A DNA stretch of 64,000 bases from an uncultured Acidobacteriota bacterium (GCA_963832495.1 CAWHUF010000011.1:963242-1027241), one strand, 5' to 3'. Positions 1 to 11,100 are shown, numbered from the stretch's first letter. A program made the numbers and translations. Notes: generated by a model not told the origin, from the letters alone.

Positions 1-974
<974 letters not shown>

Positions 975-978
<4 letters not shown>

Positions 979-1685
979 CGCGCAGCCCCCGCGAGAGCGC
1001 CCACCGCGCTCGCCAGGATCGCGAGGCCGTCCGTGTTGCCCAGGATCGGCTCCGAGCAGCGCTCCGGGTGGGGCATCATGCCGAGCACGTTGCCGCCCGC
1101 GTTGACGATGCCCGCGATGCCCCGGGCCGCGCCGTTGGGGTTCCACTGCGGGTCGGAGTCGGCGCGGGCGCCGTCCGGCGTCACGTAGCGGAAGACCACC
1201 TGGCGGTTGGCCTCCAGGGCGTCCAGGCGCTCGGCCGAGTCCTCATAGTTCCCCTCGGCGTGTGCGATAGGGATGCGCAGGATCTGCCCCTCGGCCAGGT
1301 TGCGCGTGAACGGCAGGCCGGTCCGCTCGACCCTCAGATAGACGTCGCGGCAGAGGAACCGCAGGTTCTCGTTCCGCCGCATGGCGCCCGGCAGCAGCCC
1401 CGCCTCCAGGAGGATCTGGAAGCCGTTGCAGACTCCCAGGACCAGGCCCCCGGCCTCGGCGTGCCGCTTGACGGCGCCCATGACGGGCGAGAGCGAGGCG
1501 AGGGCCCCGGCCCGCAGGTAGTCGCCGTAGGAGAAGCCGCCGGGGAGGACCACCAGGTCGCATGCCTTGACCGTGTCGTCCTGGTGCCAGAGGAAGGTCG
1601 TGTCCTGCTCCAGCACGTGCTTCAGGACGTGGTAGACGTCGTGGTCGCAGTTGCTGCCGGGGAAGACGACGACGCCGCACTTCAT
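975..1685 (-). CDS. purQ: Phosphoribosylformylglycinamidine synthase subunit PurQ (glutamine amidotransferase)
   Basis: [16 protein letters not shown]...GVCNGFQIL...HPERC motifs. RBS GGAG upstream. Start overlaps the purS stop (ATGA). Confidence 0.9.
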
Positions 1686-1924
1686 GAAAGGATCTCCACC
1701 GAGTAGTCCTCGACCACGGTGTTGGCGAGGAGCTTCTCGCACATGTCGCGCAGCTCGCGGCCGGCAGCCTCGGGGTCGGACGAGCCGAGGGAGATCTCGA
1801 AGCTCTTGCCGGCCCGGACGTCCTCGACGCCGGGGAAGCCCACGCGGTTCAAGGCGTCGCGGATGGCCTTCCCCTGAGGGTCGAGGATCTCGCGGCGCGG
1901 ATAGACGGTCACTCTTGCTTTCAC
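1682..1924 (-). CDS. purS: Phosphoribosylformylglycinamidine synthase subunit PurS
   Basis: 80-aa [28 protein letters not shown]... is typical PurS and directly precedes purQ. Confidence 0.85.
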   Translation of the reverse strand: MKARVTVYPRREILDPQGKAIRDALNRVGFPGVEDVRAGKSFEISLGSSDPEAAGRELRDMCEKLLANTVVEDYSVEILS

Positions 1925-2866
1925 TCAGGTCACCTCCAGCCAGGGGGTTGGATGGTCCTGCTCGGTGATGGCCAGCTGTGCGGAGCAGCCCTCCCGGTCG
2001 AGCGCCTCGCCCACGGCGGCGGCGGCCAGGGCGGGCAGATTGTTCGTGCGGGAGAGGTGGTAGAGGGCCACCCAGCGCAGCCGGTCGCCGATCAGCTCGG
2101 GGAGGCCTTCGGCGGCCTCCCGGTTCGACAGGTGGCCGTGGCGGCCGGCCACCCGCTGCTTCAGGCTCCAAGGATACGGGCCGTTCCTCAGCATGTCGAG
2201 ATCGTGGTTGGTCTCCAGGATCAGGACGTCGAGGTCGCGCAGCCGCCCCCAGGCGAGGCTGGTGCGGCAGCCGATGTCGGCCACGAGCCCCACGCGCCGG
2301 CCGCAGGGGTCCTGGATCAGGAAGCCCACCGGCTCGGCCGCGTCGTGAGGGATGAGGAAGGGCTCGACGACGAAACCCGCGATCTCGCAAGGCTCGCCGG
2401 AACGGACCTCGACCGCCTTGGGCACGGCCGCGCCGCGCAGGCCCGCGCCGTCCAGGGTGCCGGCGGTGCCGTAGACCGGCAGCTTGAACCGGCGGGAGAA
2501 GCGCTGCGCCCCCTTGTAGTGGTCCTGGTGCTCGTGGGTGATCACCAGGCCGCCCAGGGTGGCGGGATCGAAATTCAGGCGCGCCATCCGCTTGACCAGC
2601 TCGCGGCAGGAGAACCCGGCATCGATCAGCAGCCGGTGCGGGCCGCTCTCGACGATGACGGAATTGCCGCCGCTGCCCGAGCCCAGGACGCCGATCCGCA
2701 GAGGCGGCCCCGACAGGCGGGGCGCCGGAGCAACACGCAACGGTGGCTCAGAATCGGGGGCCGGAGTCGCCGGCTCGGCGGTCAGGAAGTCGAAGACGCT
2801 CTGCTGGCCGGAGGTGTCCTCCTTCAATCGAGGATAGTGCCGGCGCTTGAAAAGTCGGTTCTGCAA
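1925..2866 (-). CDS. MBL-fold metallo-hydrolase (THEHQDH metal-binding motif); start codon uncertain
   Basis: ORF contains [11 protein letters not shown]...[11 protein letters not shown]... (beta-lactamase-fold HxHxDH). Stop abuts the purS start. Confidence 0.6.
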   Translation of the reverse strand: MQNRLFKRRHYPRLKEDTSGQQSVFDFLTAEPATPAPDSEPPLRVAPAPRLSGPPLRIGVLGSGSGGNSVIVESGPHRLLIDAGFSCRELVKRMARLNFDPATLGGLVITHEHQDHYKGAQRFSRRFKLPVYGTAGTLDGAGLRGAAVPKAVEVRSGEPCEIAGFVVEPFLIPHDAAEPVGFLIQDPCGRRVGLVADIGCRTSLAWGRLRDLDVLILETNHDLDMLRNGPYPWSLKQRVAGRHGHLSNREAAEGLPELIGDRLRWVALYHLSRTNNLPALAAAAVGEALDREGCSAQLAITEQDHPTPWLEVT

Positions 2867-2925
2867 GGGGATCTACCGCCCAGGGGAAAAGGTACCACAT
2901 TTTGGGGAGGCTCGCCCCCCGATCG

Positions 2926-3687
2926 CTAGAACTTGTATTCCTTCCCCTGCTCCAGGAACTCCAGGTCCGGGTTGTGGAGCTGCCGGACCTCCTCCTGGAT
3001 GCGCCGGACGCAGGGGGGCTTCAGGTGGTGGATCAGGACGGGCACCTTCTTCTGCAGCTTGCGCAGCTCGGTCTCCAGGGTCCTCGGCGTCAGGTGGAGC
3101 GAGACGTCGGCCACCTGCTGGAGAGAGTTGTCGAAGCTCGTGTCGATGCACAGGGCCTTCAGGTTCGGCGTGCGGTTGGCGATCTCCCAGAAGCGCTGGG
3201 TCGGGCCGGTGTCGCTCGACCAGAGCACCGCGGCGCCGTTCGCCTCGATCAGGAAGCCGTGGGTGGGCACCAGGTGATCGACCGCGATGGGCGTGAACCG
3301 GACGCCGTCGATGACCACCGGCACCTCGCTCTCGAGCTCGTGAAAGCGCATGGCCGGCACCAGGTGGTTCGGCAGCCGGGTGAAGTCCGGCCAGGTGGCA
3401 TTGTTGAACAGATACTTGCGCAGGGCGTAGATGGTGGCCGAGGAGGCGTAGATGTCGATCGCCCCGTCGCTCTTGCCGTAGACGTTCTCGATGAAGAACG
3501 GCAGCGAGTTCGTATGGTCCATGTGGGAATGGGAGAGGAGGATCGAGCGCACTCCCACCTGCCGCTCGATGGGCAGCGCTTGCGACAGCGATCCCGCGTC
3601 GAGAGCGATCGAGCCGTTGACCAGCAGGCAGGTCATACGGCAATCCAGGCTTTCGCCCCCATAGCCCCCGAGGACTTGAATCAGCAT
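2926..3687 (-). CDS. MBL-fold hydrolase / class-II cyclic-nucleotide-phosphodiesterase-like protein
   Basis: MLIQVLGGYGGESLDCRMTCLLVNGS...LLSHSHMDHTNSLPFF. Internal ATG at 3685-3687 chosen as start; the longer Ser/Thr-rich N-extension is judged spurious. Confidence 0.55.
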   Translation of the reverse strand: MLIQVLGGYGGESLDCRMTCLLVNGSIALDAGSLSQALPIERQVGVRSILLSHSHMDHTNSLPFFIENVYGKSDGAIDIYASSATIYALRKYLFNNATWPDFTRLPNHLVPAMRFHELESEVPVVIDGVRFTPIAVDHLVPTHGFLIEANGAAVLWSSDTGPTQRFWEIANRTPNLKALCIDTSFDNSLQQVADVSLHLTPRTLETELRKLQKKVPVLIHHLKPPCVRRIQEEVRQLHNPDLEFLEQGKEYKF

Positions 3688-3728
3688 ATATAGAGAGGAT
3701 TGTATCCCCGCTTCGGCCTGGGGAACAA

Positions 3729-3757
3729 GAAAGGGCCTCGCGAAGAGGCCCTTTCTT
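3729..3757 (-). terminator. Hairpin terminator downstream of the large OMP gene
   Basis: GAAAGGGCCTC...GAGGCCCTTTC stem 10 nt after the stop at 3767, followed by a T-rich run on the minus strand. Confidence 0.5.
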
Positions 3758-3766
3758 TTCAAGACG

Positions 3767-6679
3767 TCAGAACCGGGTGCCGATCCAGAACTCCGTGCGG
3801 AAGCCTCCGTCCTCCAGCTCCACGGGGGGCTTGTAGAGCTTTGCGAAGTCCCAGTTGATATCGAGGCCGTAGATGTTGGCGGTGACGCCCCAGCCGTAGG
3901 AGGCGACGCCGTCTTTGAACCGCTTGGCATCCTGGTCGTAGAGGTCGAAATCCTCGAAATCGTCGTACCAGGCCCCGCCGAAGTCGAAGAAGACGACGCC
4001 GCGCACGCCCTGGAAAGCCACCAGCGGGGTGGCCACGAGGTCGATCAGCGGGAAGCGGAACTCGAGGTTGGCGTAGAACGCCCGGTCACCGGAGAGCGAA
4101 CGGAAGTCGACGCCGCGCACGGTGTCCAGGCCGCCGAAGTAGAACGGGTTCGCCGCGTTCCCTTCCGACGCGCCGCCGAAGACGCGGAACGCGAAGTTGC
4201 TCCGCTGGGTCACCTGGAAGTACTGCCGGAAGTCGAGCGAGGCCGACTCGACCACGGAGCCGCCATTGTCGATGTCCGGAGCATAGAAGAGGCTGAAGCG
4301 CCAGCGGCGGCCGGAGATCGCGCCGTAGTTGGCGAACAGCGAAGAGTCCCCGATCAGGGCGGCCCGGAATAGCGGGAAGTCGTCCGAGATCTCGAAGAAA
4401 TCGACGAATCCATCGTCCCTCAGGAACGGCAGGGCGACTACGCGGTAGAGGTAGCCGGCCCCGATCTCGGCCCGCTGGTAGAAGGTGAATGGCAGGACGA
4501 CCGAGCCGATGGCCCCGGTCTGCTGGTCCGCGAGCCGCCCGCGGTCGATCCGGTCCTGGATGGGATCGCCCGTTGAGTAGAACGTCCGGTCGTCGAACAG
4601 GTGGACCTGCCACTGCCAGCGCCGGGAGAAGTCGGCGTAGAGGAAGCTGAAGTTCGAGAAGCTGTCGACGGAGCTGACGTTGGCGAAGATCCGGCGGTCG
4701 CCCAGGTAGTCCGAGAAGGTGAGCAGGACCTGGCCGAGATAGCTCTGGTCGCTGTTGACGCCGATGATGGTGTCGGCGTTCTCCAGGAAGAACCGGCGGC
4801 CTTTGTACTTGTCCTTGTTGGCGTCGTCGATGTTCACCTGGATGTCGGGCTCGAAGGGCTTCAGCTCCTGGGCCGGCACGGCTCCGGCCGGCAGCTCGAC
4901 CGTCTCCGGATCGGCCACGAGCTCGTCGGTGTTGGCCACGTAGAGATCGAAGCTCCCCTTCCAGAAACCGTCGTAGACCACCCGCTCCGGCCCCTCGGTC
5001 GTCTCGCGCAGCACGGTGGGCCAGAAGGCGCCGGTCACCACGTTTGTGTACTGGCGGAGCTGTCCCGTCGCGAAGTCGATGCTGAAGATGTTCTCCGGAC
5101 CCTTGCGGTCGGAGGTGAAGTAGATCCGCGTGCCGTCGGGCGAGTAGACGGGGTCGTTCTCGTTGGACTCGCCGGTGGTCACCGCGTAGCGGCTGCCCGG
5201 AGTCCCAACGTCGAGGCGGAAGATCTTGGCGTGGCCCGTGCCCACGGACGAGATGAAGGCGATCGACCGGCCGTCCGGCGAGTAGGTGGGGGCGCCGTCA
5301 TAGAGCTGGTCGTTGGTCTGGTTGGTGATCGTGCGCGTCTCGATGTCCAGGAGGTAGATGTCGAACTGGCCGCCCCGCCAGGCGGAGAAGGCGATCGACC
5401 GGCCGTCCGGCGAGAAGGCCGGCCCGGACTGCTGCTCGAGATCCTCCATGTCGATGATCTCGCGCAGGCGGCTGTTCAGGACGTCGATCAGCAGCAGGCT
5501 CCGGCCCCTCTCGCGCTTGGCGAAGACGGCGATCGTATTGCCGTCCGGAGAGAAGGAGAGGTCGCGCCCCCACCGGCGGCCGAGCGCGAGCTCCTGGGCC
5601 ACCAGGTACTGGTACTCGTTCGAGAAGCCGCGGGTCAGGTTGCGGATCAGCTGCCGGTTCTTCGTGTCGTAGAGGACGATGTCGACGTCGCCCTTGTAGA
5701 CCGTGAGGGCCGCCACCAGGTCGCCCGACGGCGAGGCCACCGGCGAGGTCGACTGGCTGCCGGCGCGCTCGTTCTCGATGCGGAAGACCCGCCCGAAGTC
5801 CGAAGGCTCGCCGGTCTCGACGAGCTGCGGCAGGTACTTCCTGCGCAGCCACTTCCGGAACTCGAGGTCGAAGTCCTCGGGATCCAGCTTGAACGCCCGC
5901 GTGATCGCCCGGTCCACCCGCGCGCCGATCGTGTTGCGGACCTCGTAGATGAAGTCGAGGAAGCCCTCCTTGCCCCAGCGCTCCTCCATGAAGTCGAACA
6001 CCGCGTGGCCGAAGCGGTAGGCGAAGAAACCGCCGAACTGTGAGCGGGCGACCGACGGGATGCGGTCGTTGACTACCGCGTCGCGCAGGTACATCTTGTC
6101 GCGCTCGGTCTCGTCTTTCGCCATGTAGCTCGCCATGCCCTCCATGAACCAGGTGGGCGGCGAGGTGGAGATGGCCTTGGCGAGGCTGCCCTGGAACAGC
6201 ATCTGGTACTGGAAGATGTGGGTCAGCTCGTGGAGGAGGAGCTGCATCAGCTCCGCGTCCGGCAGGTCGATCGGCAGCACCATCCGGAAGCGCGCCGGGC
6301 TCGCGAAGGCGCCGACCCCTTCGGGGATGAAGTTCAGGATGATGTTGTTCTGCTCGAACGCCGAGTGGGTGGCGTAGAAGAGCAGGGGGACGGGGTCCTT
6401 GATCTGGAAGTTGAACTCCCGCGAGAGCTGGTCATAGCCGCTCTCGGCGAAGGAGACCACCTTCTGGAGCTGCGCCTCCTCGTCCTTGTAGTAATAGACG
6501 TCGAAGTGAGGCGAGTGGTAGATCTGCCACTGGAAGTCCCGGTACTGGATCTTGTTCTTGCCGAACAGGTCGCCGGTGAGGGTGGTCCCGTACTGGGCAC
6601 CCGCGGGAGACAGGGCGAGCAGCAGCGAGCCCAAGGCCAACAGGCCCGCCAGGATCGGGCGATGCGATGAGCGGGTCAA
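3767..6679 (-). CDS. Large secreted/outer-membrane protein: N-terminal zincin-like domain (HELTH), TolB-like beta-propeller repeats (SPDG motifs), C-terminal Omp85/surface-antigen-like beta-barrel ending in Phe
   Basis: Signal peptide MTRSSHRPILAGLLALGSLLLALSPAGA. HELTHIFQ HExxH motif. Repeated SPDG(R/N)(S/T)IAF propeller-like segments. C-terminal ...FRTEFWIGTRF. Intact 970-aa ORF. Confidence 0.55.
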   Translation of the reverse strand: MTRSSHRPILAGLLALGSLLLALSPAGAQYGTTLTGDLFGKNKIQYRDFQWQIYHSPHFDVYYYKDEEAQLQKVVSFAESGYDQLSREFNFQIKDPVPLLFYATHSAFEQNNIILNFIPEGVGAFASPARFRMVLPIDLPDAELMQLLLHELTHIFQYQMLFQGSLAKAISTSPPTWFMEGMASYMAKDETERDKMYLRDAVVNDRIPSVARSQFGGFFAYRFGHAVFDFMEERWGKEGFLDFIYEVRNTIGARVDRAITRAFKLDPEDFDLEFRKWLRRKYLPQLVETGEPSDFGRVFRIENERAGSQSTSPVASPSGDLVAALTVYKGDVDIVLYDTKNRQLIRNLTRGFSNEYQYLVAQELALGRRWGRDLSFSPDGNTIAVFAKRERGRSLLLIDVLNSRLREIIDMEDLEQQSGPAFSPDGRSIAFSAWRGGQFDIYLLDIETRTITNQTNDQLYDGAPTYSPDGRSIAFISSVGTGHAKIFRLDVGTPGSRYAVTTGESNENDPVYSPDGTRIYFTSDRKGPENIFSIDFATGQLRQYTNVVTGAFWPTVLRETTEGPERVVYDGFWKGSFDLYVANTDELVADPETVELPAGAVPAQELKPFEPDIQVNIDDANKDKYKGRRFFLENADTIIGVNSDQSYLGQVLLTFSDYLGDRRIFANVSSVDSFSNFSFLYADFSRRWQWQVHLFDDRTFYSTGDPIQDRIDRGRLADQQTGAIGSVVLPFTFYQRAEIGAGYLYRVVALPFLRDDGFVDFFEISDDFPLFRAALIGDSSLFANYGAISGRRWRFSLFYAPDIDNGGSVVESASLDFRQYFQVTQRSNFAFRVFGGASEGNAANPFYFGGLDTVRGVDFRSLSGDRAFYANLEFRFPLIDLVATPLVAFQGVRGVVFFDFGGAWYDDFEDFDLYDQDAKRFKDGVASYGWGVTANIYGLDINWDFAKLYKPPVELEDGGFRTEFWIGTRF

Positions 6680-6694
6680 CGAGATCTCCTTTTC

Positions 6695-7390
6695 TTACTG
6701 CGTGAACAGGATACGGCTGGCCTCGACCTCTTTCTGCGTGAATACGTTGACGATGCGGTCCTCGAGCGAGAGCAGGTTCTCGAACATGCCCGCCAGAGGA
6801 TCGGTGTTCTCGCCCTCGAAGCTCTGGAAGTCCTTGAAATTGTCCTGGTAGAGAAGAGCGCCCGTCCTGCCGTCGTAGACCTGCATCAGGATGTCGTACT
6901 GGAAGCCGGTCTGCTCGACGAGCACCTGCCGGAGGTAGGTGCGGCCGTTGTAGGGGGAGACGTACTCTTCCGTGCGGTAGCCGGAGCGGTCCTGGATGTC
7001 GAAGTCGAGCCCCCCGGTCAGGATCAGGTCCGACTGGGTCCTCTCTCCCAGAGCGCTCCAGAAGTCGGCCTGCCGGGAGAGCTGGTCCAGATCGTAGGTG
7101 GGGTAGTCGACCGGTCCGGGCTCGATGACCTTGAGATCGGTCTCCCGCCGCAGGACCTTGAGCAGATAGCGGTTGAACTCCTTCTGCACGTCGATGTCGC
7201 GGCCCTTGATCTTCTCGGCCCCCTCCTGGCTCACCACCAGGAAAGACGCCACGGCGAGCGACTTGCGGCCCTGGAGGTCGAGCTTCGCGCGCTGGGGCAG
7301 CGTCAGCGTGACCTCGACCGTGCCCGCGAAGACCGGCAGCGCGGCGAACGTGAGGAGGATCGCGAGGACGAGCGTGCGGTTGCGGTTCAT
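6695..7390 (-). CDS. Hypothetical secreted/periplasmic protein (signal peptide)
   Basis: MNRNRTLVLAILLTFAALPVFAGT signal peptide. No recognisable domain. Same operon orientation as the OMP. Confidence 0.5.
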   Translation of the reverse strand: MNRNRTLVLAILLTFAALPVFAGTVEVTLTLPQRAKLDLQGRKSLAVASFLVVSQEGAEKIKGRDIDVQKEFNRYLLKVLRRETDLKVIEPGPVDYPTYDLDQLSRQADFWSALGERTQSDLILTGGLDFDIQDRSGYRTEEYVSPYNGRTYLRQVLVEQTGFQYDILMQVYDGRTGALLYQDNFKDFQSFEGENTDPLAGMFENLLSLEDRIVNVFTQKEVEASRILFTQ

Positions 7391-7432
7391 TTCCTTACCT
7401 CCTTCAAATCGGCCCGTCCGGCTCTGGCGGGC

Positions 7433-7969
7433 TCAACGCGGGGGACGGTTGTCCGCCGGGGGCGGCGGTACGTCCCCGGGTGGGGGCGGCACGTCCTCAG
7501 GCGTGGACGGTTCTTCTGGTGGCTCTGGCTGCGGCACTGTGGGCTCCGGCGGCGTCACGCGAAGCCCCGGCTCGGGAGTGGGGGGAGGGGCGTTCGAGTC
7601 TTCCACCTTGGGCGTCTTCTCTCCCTTGAAGCCCTGGTAGAACTCGACGAACCGCCCGTAGTTGGCCCGGATCTCCCGGTCGTTGGGGGCGAGCCGGAGG
7701 GCCTTCTGGTAGGCCTCGAGCGCCTTCTCGAACTGGCCTCCGGCTTCGTAGGCGACCCCCATGTTGCTCTGGATGCGCGCGTTCTGGGGATCGAGCCTCT
7801 CCGCCTGCTGGAAGCGGAAGAGGGCCTCGTTCCACAGCCCCCGGCGGGCCATGTCGACCCCGAAAGTGAGCTGCTCGGCAGCCTGGTTGGGCTGCGCGTT
7901 GCTGCTGCTGCAGGCGGCGAGAGGGAAAAGGACGGCGGCAAGACAGACGGCAGCGGCGCTCGAACGCAT
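7433..7969 (-). CDS. TPR-repeat lipoprotein with proline-rich C-terminal tail
   Basis: Start chosen at MRSSAAAVCLAAVLFPLAACSS (lipobox LAAC) with GAGG RBS. TPR-like NMGVAYEAGGQFEKALEAYQKALRLAPN. Tail PEPTVPQPEPPEEPSTPEDVPPPPGDVPPPP. Confidence 0.6.
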   Translation of the reverse strand: MRSSAAAVCLAAVLFPLAACSSSNAQPNQAAEQLTFGVDMARRGLWNEALFRFQQAERLDPQNARIQSNMGVAYEAGGQFEKALEAYQKALRLAPNDREIRANYGRFVEFYQGFKGEKTPKVEDSNAPPPTPEPGLRVTPPEPTVPQPEPPEEPSTPEDVPPPPGDVPPPPADNRPPR

Positions 7970-8210
7970 CGAGAGGGACCTCAGCGTAGATCTCCGGTCC
8001 TCTGCGAACCGGGTTTGGGATGATGGAGTGGGCGTCATCACCTGAAAATCCGCGGGGGCAAGTATACACAACGCATGCCCGGGGGTTGGAAGGCCGGCCC
8101 CCTCTCGCCCGCCCTGCCGGCGAAAGCCTGGTTCCCGAAAAAAGTTGAGCGATCGAAGACGGTTTTCCCGTCTTAGAGGAGATGAACCGAAAAAGGAGAC
8201 CCGGACGCCC

Positions 8211-9338
8211 ATGCCCACCCCATCCCGACGCGAGCTGCTGATCGCCCTGAACGCCTCCACCGAGATCTCCCGCCCGGCCGTCTACCGGCTGGCCCAGGAG
8301 TTGGACCGCTGGCTCGTCGAGGGAGCCTCGCCCGAAGTCCTCGCCGCCGCGGCCGGAGTGCCCCGGCGCCAGATGCAGCGGGCCCTCGCCGCTGCCGATG
8401 CCGCCGGCACCGCCGTTGACGCCGCCGCCCGCGAGACCGCCGAAGCGGAGCGCCTGGGCGGCAGGATCGTGACCCTGGAGGACGAGGACTACCCGCCCGG
8501 CCTGCGCCAGCTCGCGCCGCCGCCGCCCGTGCTCTACCTGCAGGGCGAGGTGCCGCCCGGCCCCGCCGTGGCCATCGTCGGCTCCCGCAAGCCGGACTCC
8601 TATGGCGAGGAGGCGGCCGACCTTTTCTCCCGCGCCCTGGCCACGGCCGGGGTCACGGTAGTCTCCGGGTTCGCGCGCGGGATCGACGCCGTGGCTCACC
8701 GGGCCGCCCTGGCCGCCCCGAACGGCCGCACGGTCGCCGTGCTCGGCTGCGGCCTCGGGGTGGACTATCCCCGCGGACACCGCCGCCTGGCCGGAGAGGT
8801 CGCCACCCACGGCGCCCTGCTCTCCGAGTTCCCCTGCTCCATGATCCCCCGGGCCTGGCACTTTCCCCTGCGCAACCGCTCGATCGCGGCGCTCGCCGCC
8901 GGCACCCTCGTCGTGCAGGCGACCCTGCGCTCGGGCTCGCTGATCACGGCCCGCCACGCCCTCGACCTGGGCCGGGACGTGTGGGCGGTGCCGGGGCGGA
9001 TCTTCGACGAATGCTCGCTCGGCGCCAATTCCCTGATCCGCGAAGGCGCGCAGCTCGCCCAGCACCCGGCCGACCTGCTGGAGATGCTCCTCCCGCGCGG
9101 TACCACGCCCCAGATCTCCCTTCCCCTCTCCTCCCTGCCGACAGCCGCCGCCGGACCGGAGCCGCCCTCTGGCCTCGCCGGCCAGATCCTCTCGGAGCTC
9201 CCTCCGGGAGGCTCCCGGGTCGCGGAGGAGATCGCCGTCCGCCTGGACATCTCCGTGGATCAGATCCTGGCGGCGCTCCTGGTGCTGGAGATCGAAGGGT
9301 GGGTCAAGCGGCTGCCCGGGTCGGCGTACGGGCGGTAA
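8211..9338 (+). CDS. dprA: DNA processing protein DprA (Smf)
   Basis: ATG at 8211 preceded by AGGAG. ...VSGFARGIDAVAHRAALAA...LGCGLGVDYPRGH...ARHALDLGRDVWAVPG (DprA Rossmann-like domain). Confidence 0.85.
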   Translation: MPTPSRRELLIALNASTEISRPAVYRLAQELDRWLVEGASPEVLAAAAGVPRRQMQRALAAADAAGTAVDAAARETAEAERLGGRIVTLEDEDYPPGLRQLAPPPPVLYLQGEVPPGPAVAIVGSRKPDSYGEEAADLFSRALATAGVTVVSGFARGIDAVAHRAALAAPNGRTVAVLGCGLGVDYPRGHRRLAGEVATHGALLSEFPCSMIPRAWHFPLRNRSIAALAAGTLVVQATLRSGSLITARHALDLGRDVWAVPGRIFDECSLGANSLIREGAQLAQHPADLLEMLLPRGTTPQISLPLSSLPTAAAGPEPPSGLAGQILSELPPGGSRVAEEIAVRLDISVDQILAALLVLEIEGWVKRLPGSAYGR

Positions 9339-9368
9339 ACGCAGCATCAACAAAAAGGAGCTCAACGG

Positions 9369-10829
9369 ATGAGCCAGGACGACCTCGTTCAGTTGCTGCT
9401 ACGCCTTGCGGGCCTGCCCTACGAGACGGAGTGGGTCGAATTCAAAAGGGACAACGCCGACCCGGTGGAGATCGGAGAGTACCTGTCGGCGATCTCCAAT
9501 TCCGCGGCGCTCCACGCCAAGGAAGCCGGATTCATCGCCTGGGGGATCGCCGATGGAACCCATGAGATGGTAGGCACCCGCTTCCAGCCCAGAAGCAACC
9601 GGGTCGGCAACGAAGAGCTGGAAAACTGGCTTTCCTGCCTGCTCACCCCGAGGATCAACTTCAGGATCCACGAGCTCGAATGGGACAGACGCTCCTTCGT
9701 CCTGTTTGAGGTTCCGGCCGCTGCGCACACGCCGGTCCGCTTCAAGGATGCAGAGTTCATCAGGGTTGGCAGCTACAAGAAGAAGCTCAGGGACTACCCG
9801 GAAAAAGAGCGGGCTCTCTGGGCCACTTTCTCCAGACGGCCGGTCTTTGAGAAGGAGATCGCCAAGAGCTCCGTGGCACCGGATGAGGTTCTCTCGCTTC
9901 TCGATTACCCGGCGTATTTCGATCTGACCGGACAGCGTCTTCCGGAGGATCGCGATGGGATTCTAGACAAGCTTGTGCAGGAAAAACTCGTCCTCGCCAC
10001 CGAAGACGGCTGCTATGACCTCATGAACCTTGGGGCGGTCCTCCTGGCAAAGGATCTCCAGGCCTTCGAGGGCCTCCAGCGCAAAGCCATCCGGGTCGTC
10101 CTCTACAAGGGCATCAACCGGGTCGAGACGGTCCGGGAGCAGGCCGGCAGGAAAGGGTACGCTCCCGGATTCGCAGGCCTGATCAGCTTCATCAATGACT
10201 CCGTACCTCAAAACGAAGTCATCGGCCAGGCGCTCCGGGCCGAGGTCCGCATGTACCCGGAGGTTGCCATCCGCGAGTTGGTGGCCAACGCCCTCATCCA
10301 CCAGGACTTCACGGCCGCTGGCACCGGCCCCATGGTGGAGATCTTCAGTGACCGGATCGAAATCACGAATCCGGGCTTGCCCCTCATCGATACTCAGCGC
10401 TTCCTGGACGCGCCGCCGCAGTCCCGCAACGACCTGCTCGCCTCGTTCATGCGCCGCATCCGCATTTGCGAAGAGCGGGGCAGCGGCATCGACAAGGTCA
10501 TTGACTCCGCCGAGGTCTTTCAACTACCGGCTCCGGATTTCTCCGTCACCCACCAGCACACCCGGGCGGTCCTGTTTGCCTACAAGGGACTCAACGATAT
10601 GAGCCGGTCCGACCGTATCCGGGCCTGCTATCAGCACGCCGGGCTCCAGCACGTCTCGAACAAGCAGATGACCAACGCCAGCTTACGGAGGAGATTCGCC
10701 ATCAAAGACGAAAACTACTCCATCGCCTCCAGAATCATCGCGGAGACTCTGGAAGCCGGGCTGATCAAGCCGCACGATCCGGAGAATCGCTCCCGGAAGC
10801 ACGCCCGGTACATCCCCTTCTGGGCTTAG
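9369..10829 (+). CDS. AlbA_2 / HATPase_c_4 (Schlafen-like, divergent-AAA type) putative DNA-binding ATP-binding protein
   Basis: N-terminal EWVEFKRDNADP...SAISNSAA (AlbA_2-like) and C-terminal ELVANALIHQDF...ITNPG (HATPase_c_4-like). Lower GC at the 3' end. Inserted between dprA and topA. Confidence 0.55.
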   Translation: MSQDDLVQLLLRLAGLPYETEWVEFKRDNADPVEIGEYLSAISNSAALHAKEAGFIAWGIADGTHEMVGTRFQPRSNRVGNEELENWLSCLLTPRINFRIHELEWDRRSFVLFEVPAAAHTPVRFKDAEFIRVGSYKKKLRDYPEKERALWATFSRRPVFEKEIAKSSVAPDEVLSLLDYPAYFDLTGQRLPEDRDGILDKLVQEKLVLATEDGCYDLMNLGAVLLAKDLQAFEGLQRKAIRVVLYKGINRVETVREQAGRKGYAPGFAGLISFINDSVPQNEVIGQALRAEVRMYPEVAIRELVANALIHQDFTAAGTGPMVEIFSDRIEITNPGLPLIDTQRFLDAPPQSRNDLLASFMRRIRICEERGSGIDKVIDSAEVFQLPAPDFSVTHQHTRAVLFAYKGLNDMSRSDRIRACYQHAGLQHVSNKQMTNASLRRRFAIKDENYSIASRIIAETLEAGLIKPHDPENRSRKHARYIPFWA

Positions 10830-10839
10830 GTCTTATGTG

Positions 10840-10925
10840 ACGGTCATGTGATGAAAACGGCTGAATCGAGGGGGAAATTTCCTCCAAACTACTAAAATTA
10901 AAGGACTTGTTCATGTGATGGTCAT
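10840..10925. promoter_or_regulatory. AT-rich intergenic segment with repeated TCATGTGATG / GGTCATGT motifs upstream of topA (candidate promoter/operator)
   Basis: tatgtgacggtcatgtgatgaaaacgg ... gttcatgtgatggtcatgtcatat. GC drops sharply relative to flanks. Followed by a GC-rich structured 5' leader (10940-11060). Confidence 0.3.
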
Positions 10926-11100
10926 GTCATATCGCCGGAGCTCAAACCCGCGGCCTGCCGCCCCCGCCGGGCCACACACAATGTGGGGCACCAGAGCCCG
11001 GACCTTGCGGCCCGGGCGGACCCGGTGGTACTGTCCCCGCCCTGTCCCGGACGGCCCCTAGAAATATTGTCGACGCCTCCGGGCGTTTCAGAGACGCGCT

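Noticed and set aside
7497-9365. Very long Arg/Gly/Pro-rich ORFs on the strand opposite to known genes (also 10942-13200, 13316-15328, 49488-51119, 20553-21283, 24886-26057)
   Set aside because: These are typical spurious antisense or alternate-frame ORFs in high-GC DNA. They overlap strongly supported genes (dprA, topA, SNF2, xerC, GT2) and have low-complexity composition.
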